This document shows positions 14,175 through 27,434 of a stretch of DNA of 64,000 nucleotides, piece after piece. The notes under the pieces are model-generated. The model saw only the letters and a program-made list of their open reading frames with translations. It was not told where the DNA came from and searched no databases. The position numbers and the translations under genes were made by a program. The stretch is from Octopus sinensis (lineage: Eukaryota). Each line of letters starts with the position of its first letter. The stretch's first letter is position 1. The stretch spans positions 21,700,001 to 21,764,000 of the forward strand of contig NC_043006.1 in the NCBI RefSeq assembly GCF_006345805.1. The letters are read 5' to 3'.

Positions 14175-14408
14175 TGTAAGAAATCAACATTGTTAGTTAT
14201 TTCATACGAAGAAACAAATAGAGTTCAATGCAGTTTCCTTTGGCCAGAGATATTAATCAACAAATAATTAGTCTAATTAATTTAAAAGAAAAGATATCCA
14301 TCTAGAGAAATTATACAATACAATGGTTTATTATATTTACGAAATCAATAATTACTATGGCTACTAAATTTTCCCGGACTCTTCATTTATTCTTGTTTCT
14401 CTATGTCT
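14175..14408. repeat. Inverted duplicate of 16489-16724
   Basis: tgtaagaaatcaacattgttagttatttcatacgaag...cttcatttattcttgtttct is the reverse complement of about 16489-16724. Confidence 0.9.
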
Positions 14409-14455
14409 TCTTAAAGTTAAGAATGGCTCCACATAATATACACACACAAATACAT

Positions 14456-14501
<46 letters not shown>

Positions 14502-14591
14502 TAGTATGACAACAAGGAATAAATGAGACCTCGATATTATGTAAATAGAAGAATTTACCTGTAAAATAATGTGAGAATTATTCGGTTGGCA

Positions 14592-14652
14592 TAATAAAAC
14601 TCCGAGTTTCGCATTTCGCGCGGAATCTGATCCGGCATCTCGTCAGTTATTA
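14592..14652 (-). ncRNA. Type I hammerhead ribozyme motif
   Basis: taataa-CTGACGA-stem II (cgga/tccg)-GAAA-ctcggag-TT^-ttatta, with a 6-bp stem I. Confidence 0.75.
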
Positions 14653-14684
14653 AGACAAACAAAACTGCATTTTTGTTTGTCTTG

Positions 14685-14743
14685 ATAACTGATGAGATGC
14701 CGGAGCAGATTTCCGCCGCGAGATGCGAAACTCGGAGTTTTAT
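14685..14743 (+). ncRNA. Type I hammerhead ribozyme motif (inverted partner of 14592-14652)
   Basis: ataa-CTGATGA-gatgccgg...gatgc-GAAA-ctcggag-TT^-ttat. Confidence 0.75.
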
Positions 14744-14865
14744 TATGCCACCGAATAATGTCACATGTTATTTTACACACACGCACAAACACATACCACA
14801 TATATATAACATATATATATATATATTATATATATAATATATATAATATATATATATATTATTTA

Positions 14866-14940
<75 letters not shown>

Positions 14941-15029
14941 GGGAACAAGTTCAAAAAAGAACAATTCAAACTTTTTGAGAGGTCCCAAAAGAGAGAAGGA
15001 ATGATTTCTAAAAAAGATTCATCAAATTC

Positions 15030-15675
15030 ATAGAAAACTGCCAGAGCAAGTAGTGAGATTATGAAAATAGTAGTTGAAAAATATCGTTATAAGTATAAAT
15101 ACACCATAAACAATTACATAAAAATGGAGGAGAAAAAGATGTTGCATCAAAATTAGATTTAATACAAATTAGGATTCATTACATACGTGCGTTTCAAAGG
15201 ACATTACAAATATGTTTGAAAAAAATTATAATCACAGTAATTATAATCAAAAATATGCATGGTCATTTTCATCAGTGTGAAGAATTTTCGGAAGGATATC
15301 AAAAAGGTTTCACAAAATAAAGTAAAATAAAATAAGATACAATAAGGGACAATACAAAACGGGTGATTGGAAAAATCGGATATTTACAAGCATGTTGTAA
15401 AAGGGAAAAAATAACAGTAATAATAATAGTGAGAGAGAAGAAAGAGAAAAAATGACAAATATATCAATGTGCATGCACGTCTATATGTGCAGTAAACTAT
15501 AACATAAAAATAAGAATAAAAATCTAATGGATATGTTTTAAAAAATGGTAACAGGTCGGGACGAAATATAATGTAAACAGGGCCACGTGTATATAGTAGA
15601 ATATAACGTAACGGGTGTACTGGCAGAAAAAAAACAAAGATAGTTATACATTTGCATATTAATATCAAAAAACGA

Positions 15676-15743
<68 letters not shown>

Positions 15744-16480
15744 TGTGTGTGTGTGTGTATTACACGAGGCTAAAAGTGATAGGTAAGGCTATGTTAGAAA
15801 AATTACAATATTTAAGTAAAAATGTACATACAAGCAGAGAAAAAACGATAAAGAACTTAACAAGGAAAGAACATCGATCACAGACAAGGCCGGCCGGCCG
15901 GTGTATTCAAGAGAGATATTGTACTCAAAATCTACCCCGGGGTGGGGGAGACAATCAGAAAAAAAAGTAGGAACAAAAACGAATATATGAAGGAGAAAAT
16001 TATTATAAATTTACAAGTGATGGAACAAATGTATACACTCAACACATAAGGGTATACAGTTACATACATACGCATACATACATATATACACAACCCACAC
16101 GTATACACACACACACACACACAAAAACCGTGCATACATTCACACATACACATGCATATAAAACATGAGTACAAGTACATATACATGTCTACAAAAGCAC
16201 ACATACATACATGCACACACAGAGAAAACGTACATGCACATAATCTAAATGAAAAAGATGGAATTTGAACATATGTTTTCAAGAGGAGTTTTTCATCTCT
16301 CGAATTTAAGATAGAACCGTTTATTTTCATAATTATAAAAGACTCTTCAAGACATAAAAGGCATGATCTATTTTTAATCCTATAAGAGGGTCTGAAGAAA
16401 CAATATTCCAAGAAATTGAGAAATTTATATTATCTCTTTTAAGTTGCCATACCTTTTGGAATAAACTAGTACTACTTTCT
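15030..16480 (-). mobile_element. Penelope-like element 3' part (GIY-YIG C-terminus plus terminal repeat with hammerhead at 15181-15278)
   Basis: Minus strand reads STSLFQKVWQLKRDNINFSISWNIV...PSYRIKNRSCLLCLEESFIIMK...LNSRDE, homologous to the 4600-4848 segment. It is followed by about 1 kb that recurs inverted at 16730-17950. Confidence 0.8.
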
Positions 16481-16729
16481 TTCGGAGTAGACATACAGAA
16501 ACAAGAATAAATGAAGAGTCCGGGAAAATTTAGTAGCCATAGTAATTATTGATTTCGTAAATATAATAAACCATTGTATTGTATAATTTCTCTTGATGGA
16601 TATCGTTTCTTTTAAATTAATTAGGCTAATTATTTGTTGATTAATATCTCTGGCCAAAGGGGAAACTGCATTGAACTCTACTTGTTTCTTCGTATGAAAT
16701 AACTAACAATGTTGATCTCTTACAATCCA

Positions 16730-17950
16730 TATATACATATGCATGTGTGTGCGTTTTACTTGTATGTGCATGTTTTATGTTCTACGTATGAGTTTGTAAG
16801 TGTGTGTATGTATATGTGTATATGTGTATATGTATATGTATATATATATATGTATATATATATATGTGTGTGTAGGTATATATATAATATATATATGTAT
16901 GTATGTATGTGTATAGGTACATATACATTTATATGTGTGTGTATGTATGTGTCTATATGTATATATACTTATATACGTCTCATGTATGTGTATGATTCCA
17001 TGCACGGTTATTGTGTGCGTGTGTATACGTGTGAGTTGTGTATGTGTGTATGTAGGTATAACTGTATGGCTGTATATCCTTATGTGTATACCCATCACTT
17101 GTAAATTTATAATGATTTTATCCTTCATATATTCATTTTTGTTCCTATTTTATTCTGATTCTCTCCTCTACCCCGGGCTAGATTTTGAGTAAGGTAGCTT
17201 TCTTGAATACACCTGCTGGCCTTGTCTATGATCGATGTTCTTTCTTTGTTAAGTTCCTTTTCGATTTTCTCTGCTCGTAAGTACATTTTAAATTAAATAT
17301 TGTAACTTGTTAAACATAGCCTTACCTATCACTTTTAGCCTCGTGTAATATTTCTTTTTCGTTTTTCAATATTAATATGCATATATATAACTCTCTTTGG
17401 TTTTTTCTGCCAATACACCTGTTACGTTATATTCTACTATATACACATGGCCCTGTTTACATTATACTTCGTCTAAACCTCTTACCACTTTTTAAACATA
17501 TCTGTTAGATTTTTATTCTTATTTTTATGTTATAGTTTACTGCACATATAAACGTACATACACATTGATATGTCTGGTTTCTTTCTCTTTCGTCTCTCTC
17601 ACAATAATTATTACTGTTATTTTTCCCCTTTTACAACCTGCTTGTAAATATCCGATTTTTCCCCATTATCCCTTTTGTATTCGCCCTTATTGTATCTTAC
17701 TTTACTTTATTTTATGAAACCTTTTTTGATATCCTTCCAAAAATTCTTCACACTGATGAGAATGACCATGCATAAATTTAATTATAATTACTGTGATTAT
17801 AATTTTTTCTAACATATTTGTAATGTCCTTTGAAACGCGTGTATGTAATGAATCCTAATTTGTATTAAATCTAATTTTGATGCAACATCTTTTTCTCCTC
17901 CATTTTCATATAATTTTTTATGGTATGTTTATATCTATAACGATAGTTTT
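16730..17950 (+). mobile_element. Inverted copy of the Penelope terminal repeat, with hammerhead motif at 17750-17846
   Basis: Reverse complement of about 15075-16240. Motif: aca-CTGATGA-(~70 nt)-GAAA-cgcgt-GTA^-tgt. Confidence 0.8.
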
Positions 17951-17957
17951 CAACTAT

Positions 17958-18180
<223 letters not shown>

Positions 18181-18919
18181 TAAGCTTACCCACGCATACA
18201 CCTGCATACACACAAATATATGAATACATTCATACGAACGTACATATGTACGTTCACACAGAAGTGTTCCCGTTTTGTCAGAAGCGACAGCATCTTAAAA
18301 GAAGCTGAAAATACTGTTCAATGAAAACACCGGTGTAACATATATACCATATATTTGATACAATTTGTATAGTAAGAATAATTAAATTTTTGTTGAAAGT
18401 ATATTGAAGGACTGCATCTGAATAGAATTAAATATGAGGGGAGAATTTTATATAGCTTGTTTTAATATTCATTAAAGTTCCGGTGAGCATGTATCGTAAT
18501 TCACACATGCATTAAAAGTTACTCTTATTCATGTCTTAAGCCAATGAATGTGGAAAAAGTATGCAGAAATTTCAACCTACAATTTAAATACTTTGGTTCA
18601 TGTATGAATGACATCACTGACAAAATCCACTTAAATTTTTCGTCCCTGGAAGGAATTGAATTCGTAAACATTAAATACAAATGTATAATTTAACATACGA
18701 AAGACCGATGATATTCAGTCTACTGAAAGAAAAAGATGCTCGATGATGATAACATACAAGGATTCCTTACTTTTAGATCTAACAGAAATATTTGTATGTA
18801 ACATTTTGCTTTTAGACATAAGCGACATAGCAGAGAGTATCTATCTCATCCTTTTTCTGCTCCACAGCTCATACAGCTCACACAACTATTGCGAAGTTGA
18901 ATCAAATCTTGTTGGCATA

Positions 18920-19138
18920 TTGATTTCAAATTTTGGCACAAGGCCAGCAATTTCAAAGGGAGGAGGTTAATCGATTACTTCAACCCCAGCGCTCAACTGG
19001 TACTTATTTTATCGATCCCGAAAGGATAAAAGGTAAAGTCAACACCGGTGGAATTTGAAACTCAAAACGTAAAGACAGATGAAATGCCATTAAGCATTTC
19101 GCCCGGCGCGGTAATGATTCTACCTGCTCGCCACCTTA
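18920..19138 (-). mobile_element. SINE family B (short-tail variant)
   Basis: Reverse complement of the family B head and core, with tail aaattgctggccttgtgccaaaatttgaaatc. Confidence 0.8.
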
Positions 19139-19151
19139 AATCCTGTTCGAC

Positions 19152-19211
19152 AAAGACTTATGAGTGGATTTGGTAGACGGAAACTGAAAGGAATTTGTCG
19201 TATATGTGTGT

Positions 19212-19265
<54 letters not shown>

Positions 19266-19437
19266 TTGTCTCCCACTATCGTTTGACAACTGATGTGTTG
19301 TTTTTACGTCCTCGTAACTTAACAGACCGATAGAATAAGTAGTAGGCTTATAAAGAATAAGTCCTGGGGCCGATTTCTTTGACTAAAAGCGGTGCTCAAG
19401 CATGGCCGCAGTCAAATCACAGCAACAAAAAAAAGAA
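19152..19437 (+). mobile_element. SINE family A, 5'-truncated
   Basis: gagtggatttggtagacggaaactg...agcatggccgcagtcaaat. Confidence 0.85.
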
Positions 19438-19516
19438 TATATATATATATACATATATACATCATACTGTAAGTAATGCTTGTATTATGATATAGAACTC
19501 AATTGATTGGATCGTG

Positions 19517-19620
<104 letters not shown>

Positions 19621-19656
19621 ACATATATATGTTCATATTTTCTTAACTTTGGGAGT

Positions 19657-19689
<33 letters not shown>

Positions 19690-20053
19690 AGTGGTGGTGG
19701 TGGTGGTGGTGGTGGTGGTGATGGTGGTAGTAGTAATAGTAGTAGAGCAAAGGTATATAGATACGGGTGGGTTCAGGATAAAACCTAGACTTCCGGATGG
19801 TAATATGAAATTAACGTCAGATGATAGGAGCTGAGTTGAAGGACGTGCGACATTGAAAGCGGCCAGTTCAAAATCTTTTATCCCTTAATTACTTGTCTCC
19901 ACTCATTGGACTGCAGCCATGCCAGTGCCCCATCTTGAAGAGTTAAGTCGAGTAAATCAACTCCAGTACATATATGTAAATTTGACACCCAATCGATCGG
20001 CCCCTTTTGCGAACCACTAAATTGCATTCAGCATCGGGACACTGACACACACA

Positions 20054-20105
<52 letters not shown>

Positions 20106-20150
20106 ACAAACATATGTATGTATATATATATATATGTATACATATTAGTG

Positions 20151-20214
20151 GGAAACCACTATGTGGACACCCTTATGCTAGAAATAGCATAAGGGTGTCC
20201 ACATAGTGGTTTCC
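20151..20214. repeat. Perfect 30-bp stem with GAAA loop
   Basis: ggaaaccactatgtggacacccttatgcta-gaaa-tagcataagggtgtccacatagtggtttcc. Confidence 0.95.
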
Positions 20215-20345
20215 ATCTAATATGTATATAATACAATTTTACTGAACCTTCAGTCTTTTATATGCTAGACCACTGGTGTGAAATCGATATTAATTAAATT
20301 AATATCTAATTTCTCACCCTCATTTTAATTTTTATATATATATAT

Positions 20346-20784
<439 letters not shown>

Positions 20785-22959
20785 ATATTATATATATATT
20801 ATATATATATATATATATAATATATATATATACATATATATATATATACACATACGACATCTTTTCAATTTCCGTCTAACAGATCCATTCACAAGGCATT
20901 GGTCGGCCCAGAGCTATCGGAGAAGCGACTTGTGAAGTGTGCCCTGCAGTAGACGGAATCCAATACCTCATGACAAACAAGCAAGTTTAATAACCAAACA
21001 CCCGGACTTGTGTATATTTTACCTAGCACTTACCTCTGCCAATTCCCTACCCCAGCCGGCAATGGTAGTTTATTTGATCGATACCCGAAGGATGAAGGGT
21101 TTGTTTGCCTCGGTAGGATTTGAACTCAGAACACAAAGAACCGGGAGAAATACCACAAAGCATGTTGTTGATTGTTTGACGATATATTTATGTATGTATA
21201 TTTGTATGTGCGATATATGTATTTTCATGTAGATGCATATGTTTGTATGCATCTTTATATGCTTGTATGTGTATCTATATAGGTACGTATGTGTTTTATA
21301 AATGCATTTATTTTATATATGTACGTATGTATGTATGCATGTATGTATTATGTTTGTATCATATGTGTGCGTGTATATGTATGCATATATGTTTGTATGT
21401 ATTTGTATTTGTATATATGTGTTGAATTGAACATCAAATTTCCCAGATCTCAACCCCATAGACAACTAATTTTGGAGCGTCGTTAAAAGAGTGATTTGTA
21501 TGCATGTATGGCAAGGTATGGTATGTATGTATGCGCACGCGTTTTTCTATCCTTAGCAGTGATTACAAGTGTATCTGCGTGGTGAATATATGCTTATTAT
21601 ACACACTCGTAACTGTGTTTTTATACACACACATACACAATAATGTACATGAATATTTCAGGAAACTCTGCGAAACAATTTAATCGTTAAAAAACAATCT
21701 CGAGAGATTTCTAAAATATATATGATTTGTAATATCTCTGGATGAAATCTATAGTATCTGGTTATTATTTGGTTATCATCTCTGTAGTGCGAATGTGATA
21801 TCCAAAAGCAGTAGCAGAGTTTTATAACGATAACCAGATGTACAATCTCAATAATAAATAGCTCACATCCAGTCAGACTTTTGTCTGAGTGTTAAAATAT
21901 CAAGTAGTGAGTAGCCCAGGTGGAGAGAGCTAACATCTTGCATAATAAGCTCTGAATGTATATTGGCGCCACGACCCGAGATAGCAGGATGAGATCACGT
22001 CTCGTTTTCGAAGCTGAGGTGTGGCTTTTGCTTTATATTATGTATACTCTTGAGTTTGCTTTTCGTATCCCTCTAATCATGAAGCTAATAATTCCTTTCT
22101 AGTGGTCGTATGAAATAGAACTTATTTCTCTATTCACTAAGCGAATAGAGAAGTAAAGAGAAATTTTTGCTCATCAATAACTACTTTCGATTATGAATAA
22201 CCAAGTAGTATGGACCTATATTACCTACACTGGATATACACACACATACATGTGTGTATGTATGTATGTATGTATGTATGTATGTATGTATGTATGTATG
22301 TATGTATGTATGTATGTATGATTGTATGTATGTATGTATGTATGTATGTATGTATGCATGTATGTATGTTGGTTAGTTTAGCCTTTCTATCTCTCGCAAT
22401 AATTTTTGGTGCCTATGTAGTACCAGGCAGTCATGGGCATTCTCTAAAAATGTCCCAACTTTGACCTAGCAGTATATCTAAGATATGACTGCTTGAGTGG
22501 TTACAGAAAGTGCTACAGCAGTATTTGGCTATGAAACATTTTTCAGCAGAGTGGAGTTATGTAAAATGAAATGAAGTGCCTTGTTCTGGGACATAAACAC
22601 TGCCCAATTCCGAAATCGAATCCACAAATTTGTGATCGTGAACCCAACACCTTAAATACTAGGCCACGCATCTTTATTTATATATTTATATATATAATTA
22701 CTAGTTGAGTCAAGCGGAAGTATTACCTATGACCCTTGTAGATTTTTCGAGATCGATGAGATTTTTCGAGATCGATCGTTAACTTTCCGTTTAAGGTGTA
22801 CCAGGTCAACCCCTGCAGGATAAGAAAACACTAGAAGGGCGGAGATTCCGAATAACTAATATTTTGGGGAGAAAGGAATGGGCATATAAATTAATGCACG
22901 TAAGAGATAAATAATATTAAACCGGGTGACAAATGAGGTTTGCAATCATACAGGAGGGA

Positions 22960-25330
22960 TCCGGCCAATACCGTTCTACACAGATTCCACCAAACAAATT
23001 TCAACAGGAGATTTGTTATTCATTTTAGTAATGGCTGTTTGAATGAAATATGGAGGATAATTGAGCTCATGACGAAAGGAATATCAAGGAATTCGGTCGA
23101 TTGTAGTAATGTTGATGTTAGCTGGGCGAGTGAAAATGTTTTGTGCATTGGCTAATGATAGCAGCAGGCGGGAAGAACTATAGTTGGTTTTGATTGCTGC
23201 TTTAACGTTTCTCGTGTTTCTTTGGTCAGAATAACGTTGCTTTTCTGCTTCTTTTTAAATCCACCGGACATTTTGGATTTCGCGTATTAAGGTGTGAACT
23301 TTGGATTTGATAGTTTGCTAAATCTTCTTAGCAATTGAAGATGATTCGTACTTTGAAGAAAGTCAAACTTTTTTTTTTTTACTTCTGATTGATGATTGTT
23401 ATAATTTCAGAATCACTTTTTTTATTTCCATCTTGGTGGCATTTTCTGATGAATCCAAGAAATTCTATTGCAACTTTTATCAGAGTCTATGTTAGGCTGA
23501 TTCAGTGGGATTCAATAGTTTCTTTTGAGAATGAGAGTGGATAATGCTGAAGCTCTTCAAAGAAATGGTTCTAAAATTCAGAATGATGATGAAAGTCACG
23601 AAGTGTAATGATATTTTTTGTGGTGGTGTATTACGAGCTCTAATCTGAGGTTTCAATTTTAGTTTATTTTGATTTCCCAAGTGATCTGTCTGTGACATGT
23701 TCAGTCACCATCAACGCCTCTCGTGCTTCCGATGATAGAAACATCTGACCAACTTTGATTATAACATATTCGATGAGAAGCCAAGATCTTTTGATTTCTC
23801 TTTAACTCTGAGAAGTCAAGATGTTTTGATTTCTTTTTAACTCTGAGAAGTCAAGATGTTTTGATTTCTTTTTAACTCTGAGAAGCCAAGATCGTTTGAT
23901 TTCTCTTTAACTCTGAGAAGTCAAGATGTTTTGATTTCTTTTTAACTCTGAGAAGCCAAGATCTTTTGATTTCTCTTTAACTCTGAGAAGTCAAGATCTT
24001 TTGATTTCTTTTTAACTCTGAGAAGCCAAGATCTTTTGATTTCATTTTAACTCTGAGAAGCCAAGATCTTTTGATTTCTCTTTAACTCTGAGAAGTCAAG
24101 ATGTTTTGATTTCTTTTTAACTCTGAGAAGCCAAGATCTTTTGATTTCTTTTTAACTCTGAGAAGCCAAGATCTTTTGATTTCTCTTTAACTCTGAGAAT
24201 CCAAGATCTTTTGATTTCTCTTTAACTCTGAGAAGCCAAGATCTTTTGATTTCTCTTTAACTCTGAGAATCCAAGATGTTTTGATTTCTCTTTAACTCTG
24301 AGAATCCAAGATCTTTTGATTTCTCTTTAACTCTGAGAAGTCAAGATCTTTTGATTTCTTTTTAACTCTGAGAAGCCAAGATCTTTTGATTTCATTTTAA
24401 CTCTGAGAAGCCAAGATCTTTTGATTTCTCTTTAACTCTGAGAAGTCAAGATGTTTTGATTTCTTTTTAACTCTGAGAAGCCAAGATCTTTTGATTTCTT
24501 TTTAACTCTGAGAAGCCAAGATCTTTTGATTTCTCTTTAACTCTGAGAATCCAAGATCTTTTGATTTCTCTTTAACTCTGAGAAGCCAAGATCTTTTGAT
24601 TTCTCTTTAACTCTGAGAATCCAAGATGTTTTGATTTCTCTTTAACTCTGAGAATCCAAGATCTTTTGATTTCTCTTTAACTCTGAGAAGTCAAGATGTT
24701 TTGATTTCTTTTTAACTCTGAGCAGTAAGTTAATGATGACAAGGTTTTGCAGAGAACAAAGACTCGTATGACGATTTGCGTTGATATTTCCGACTCTTTT
24801 TCCCAATACATTCCTCCGAATATGACGATTATACATACTTCTAACACTTGCTTTTAAGTGACACGTTATTTACAGCTTGTCATGCGTAAGGGTCAAATGA
24901 GGAAGTTGATTCAAAGATTCGTAAAACGGGCCTTCTGTATCTTCATTGGTGTATATACACTGATGATGGTGATATGATGCCTCCATGCACGTACACGTCA
25001 TACAGAGATAATTCATTCGCTCATTCATTCATAGCGTGGAATACAATCTCAAATTGCTTCACGTTGGAAGTCCTGGTGCCAACTCTAACCCCTGCAGCCT
25101 TTAATTTTCACTTGGCTTTCCCTTGTAAAAGAATGTGAAGCTGGTTCCTATTTTTGTCCTTTGTCTTTCTTCAAGGATACGTCTGACACTTAATACCGCA
25201 ATGCTTAATGTGTGCCTTTGGCGTTCTTAACCTGCAAGGGCTTTTCTGTTTTCCAGTCTGTCGCAGTCGGTTTTCTTTCTATCCATCGGTGTTCTCATAC
25301 CTCAAGTCCGTAGAAGCAATTCAGTCCGAG
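22960..25330 (-). mobile_element. Decayed RTE-clade LINE (APE endonuclease and linker), interrupted by a minisatellite
   Basis: Minus-strand remnants in the expected order: T*GMRTPMDR..DRLENRKAL; AVLSVRR..IGTSFTFFYKGKP; ITIISVYTP; FYESLNQL; DKL; NVLGKRVGNINAN..SLCSLQNLVIIN; KRSWLLIEYVI; TDH; IDRIP..ELNYPP..TAITKMNNKSP. Confidence 0.85.
23775..24723. repeat. 35-bp minisatellite, about 27 copies, with a 350-bp higher-order duplication
   Basis: Unit ctctgagaagccaagatcttttgatttctctttaa. Unit starts at 23806 and 24716 are 26x35 bp apart. The variant ttcatttt recurs at 24041 and 24391. Confidence 0.97.
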
Positions 25331-26184
25331 TATATTTTCTTTAATTATCGCTACTACATTCGGGATGAACTCGCTAGATGTGGTTATCTGACCCAGTTCG
25401 TGTTGAGACAGAAATTTTTTAAGCCTTGAATCGTGTGACACTAAATAGGTTTCACTCGGTCATGAAAAACGAGTGGAAGTTCCTAAGCTGTTTCACTTCA
25501 TTGAAACGATGAATATCATTTTTTTTTCTTCACGAAGGACGCGGGAATGATCATGGAAACTTTCAATGTTAATTGCATCTGTAACCCTTAGATTCTCTGC
25601 CCCCCTCCCTTCATGAACTTGTATTTGAGCAATTGAAGTTAGTAGGTGCCATCCTCGTGGTTCAGGGAATTGACTACGCTTTTCAAAATCCAATAACGTA
25701 ATTGAGTGTTATGATACTTACATGACACAGGCGAATCTGAGCCGATGGAAGTAGCATCGACTGCAGAGAGCTGCCGACCATTCAAATTGTCGAAAGTCAC
25801 TGCCAGTCCATGTGGAAATATGGCAGAACAGAGACTAAATTCAAGATAACTGACATGCCCCTACTGTTCTGTAGCGACTGTTGGCCAGATGCTTCGACTT
25901 TTCCCACCAGCTACAGATATTTACGCAGTTGCTGCTCTAAACAAGGTCTAAGTTGACTGAAAGTGGTCAAACACAATTTGTCACAAGTTCGTTAATGAAC
26001 TTAAGAATTTTCGTAAATTAGTATGGTTACCACTAGCGTTAGCGACTGCTTATTATCTTGCTAAATCTTATACACAGCTAATATCCAAATCTCGAATCCA
26101 CTCAAGTATCCACCACCGGTAGGTGCATACCTTTTCGGTTAGCCCCAGTTCCCCAGTTGTCATACAGAAATCGTGTATGTATAT

Positions 26185-26356
26185 ATGTTTTTTTCTCTCC
26201 TTGTTTTTTTCTGTGTATCTTTCTGTCGAAGAGCGTAGACTCGAAACGTAAAAGACTTTTTCTATTTCTATTCCTGAGCGCTATACTAATACATTTGTTT
26301 GTTTGTTTGTACTCCACCCACCTTCGTCTTTTGTTTATTTTCGTAAACTTTCCAGT

Positions 26357-26357
<1 letters not shown>
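26185..26357 (+). mobile_element. Penelope-type terminal-repeat relic with variant hammerhead (26218-26255)
   Basis: tcttt-CTGTCGA-a-gagc gtag actc-GAAA-c-GTA^-aaaga. Confidence 0.7.
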
Positions 26358-26445
<88 letters not shown>

Positions 26446-26481
26446 TTTGTATGTATGTTTGTATGCCTGTGTGTGTGTGTC

Positions 26482-26846
26482 TTTTATCTTTTATTTGTTT
26501 CAGTCATTTGACTGCGGCCATCCTAGGGGCACCGCTTTGAAGGCTTATTAATTTTTTAAAGCCTAGTACGTATCGCTCTCTTTTGCCGAACCACTAAGTT
26601 ATGGGGACTTAAACACACTAACACCAATTATCAAGCTCTGGTGGGGGAAAGCACAAACACAGAGACACACATATATATACAAATGTATATCCGACGGGCT
26701 TTTTTCCAGTTTCCGTCTACTAAATCTACTCACAAGGCTTTTGTTGTCCACAGGATATAGTAGAAGACACTTGCCCAAGGTGTCACGCAGTGGGACTGCA
26801 CCCGAATGATGTGGTTGGAAAGCTATCTTCTTGTCACACAGCCACG
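26482..26846 (-). mobile_element. SINE family A
   Basis: Reverse complement of family A, from tail to head. Confidence 0.85.
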
Positions 26847-26847
26847 C

Positions 26848-27004
26848 GAGTGGCTGTGTGGTAAGTAGCTTGCTTACTAACCACATGGTTCCGGTTCAGT
26901 CCTACTGCGTGGCATCTTGGGCAAGTGTATTCTGCTATAGCCCCGGGCCGACCAATGCCTTGTGAGTGGATTTGGTAGACGGAAACTGAAAGAAGCCTGT
27001 CGTA

Positions 27005-27049
<45 letters not shown>

Positions 27050-27270
27050 ATATGTTTGTATGTCTGTGTTTGTCCCCCTAGCATTGCTTGACAACCGATG
27101 CTGGTATGTTTATGTCCCCGTCACTTAGCGGTTCGGCAAAAGAGACCGATAGAATAAGTAAGTACTGGGCTTACAAAGAATAAGTCCCGGGGTGGTCTGC
27201 TCGACTAAAGGCGGTGCTCCAGCATGGCCGCAGTCAAATGACTGAAACAAGTAAAAGAGATAAAAGAGAG
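26848..27270 (+). mobile_element. SINE family A, head-to-head with the previous copy
   Basis: gagtggctgtgtggtaagtagc...gcagtcaaatgactgaaacaagtaaaagag. Confidence 0.9.
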
Positions 27271-27380
27271 ATACACGCATACATATATACGTCTAAGTGA
27301 CGGCTCCTTCAGTTTGGACCCTACGGAGGAGCCGCCCGAGGATTCCATAACCATGAATGTTCCACGAAAAGTGAGTGGGG

Positions 27381-27433
<53 letters not shown>

Positions 27434-27434
<1 letters not shown>

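Noticed and set aside
23775-24723. CRISPR-like array of 35-bp repeats
   Set aside because: The units are directly adjacent with no unique spacers, there are no cas genes, the context is eukaryotic, and the unit derives from RTE sequence.
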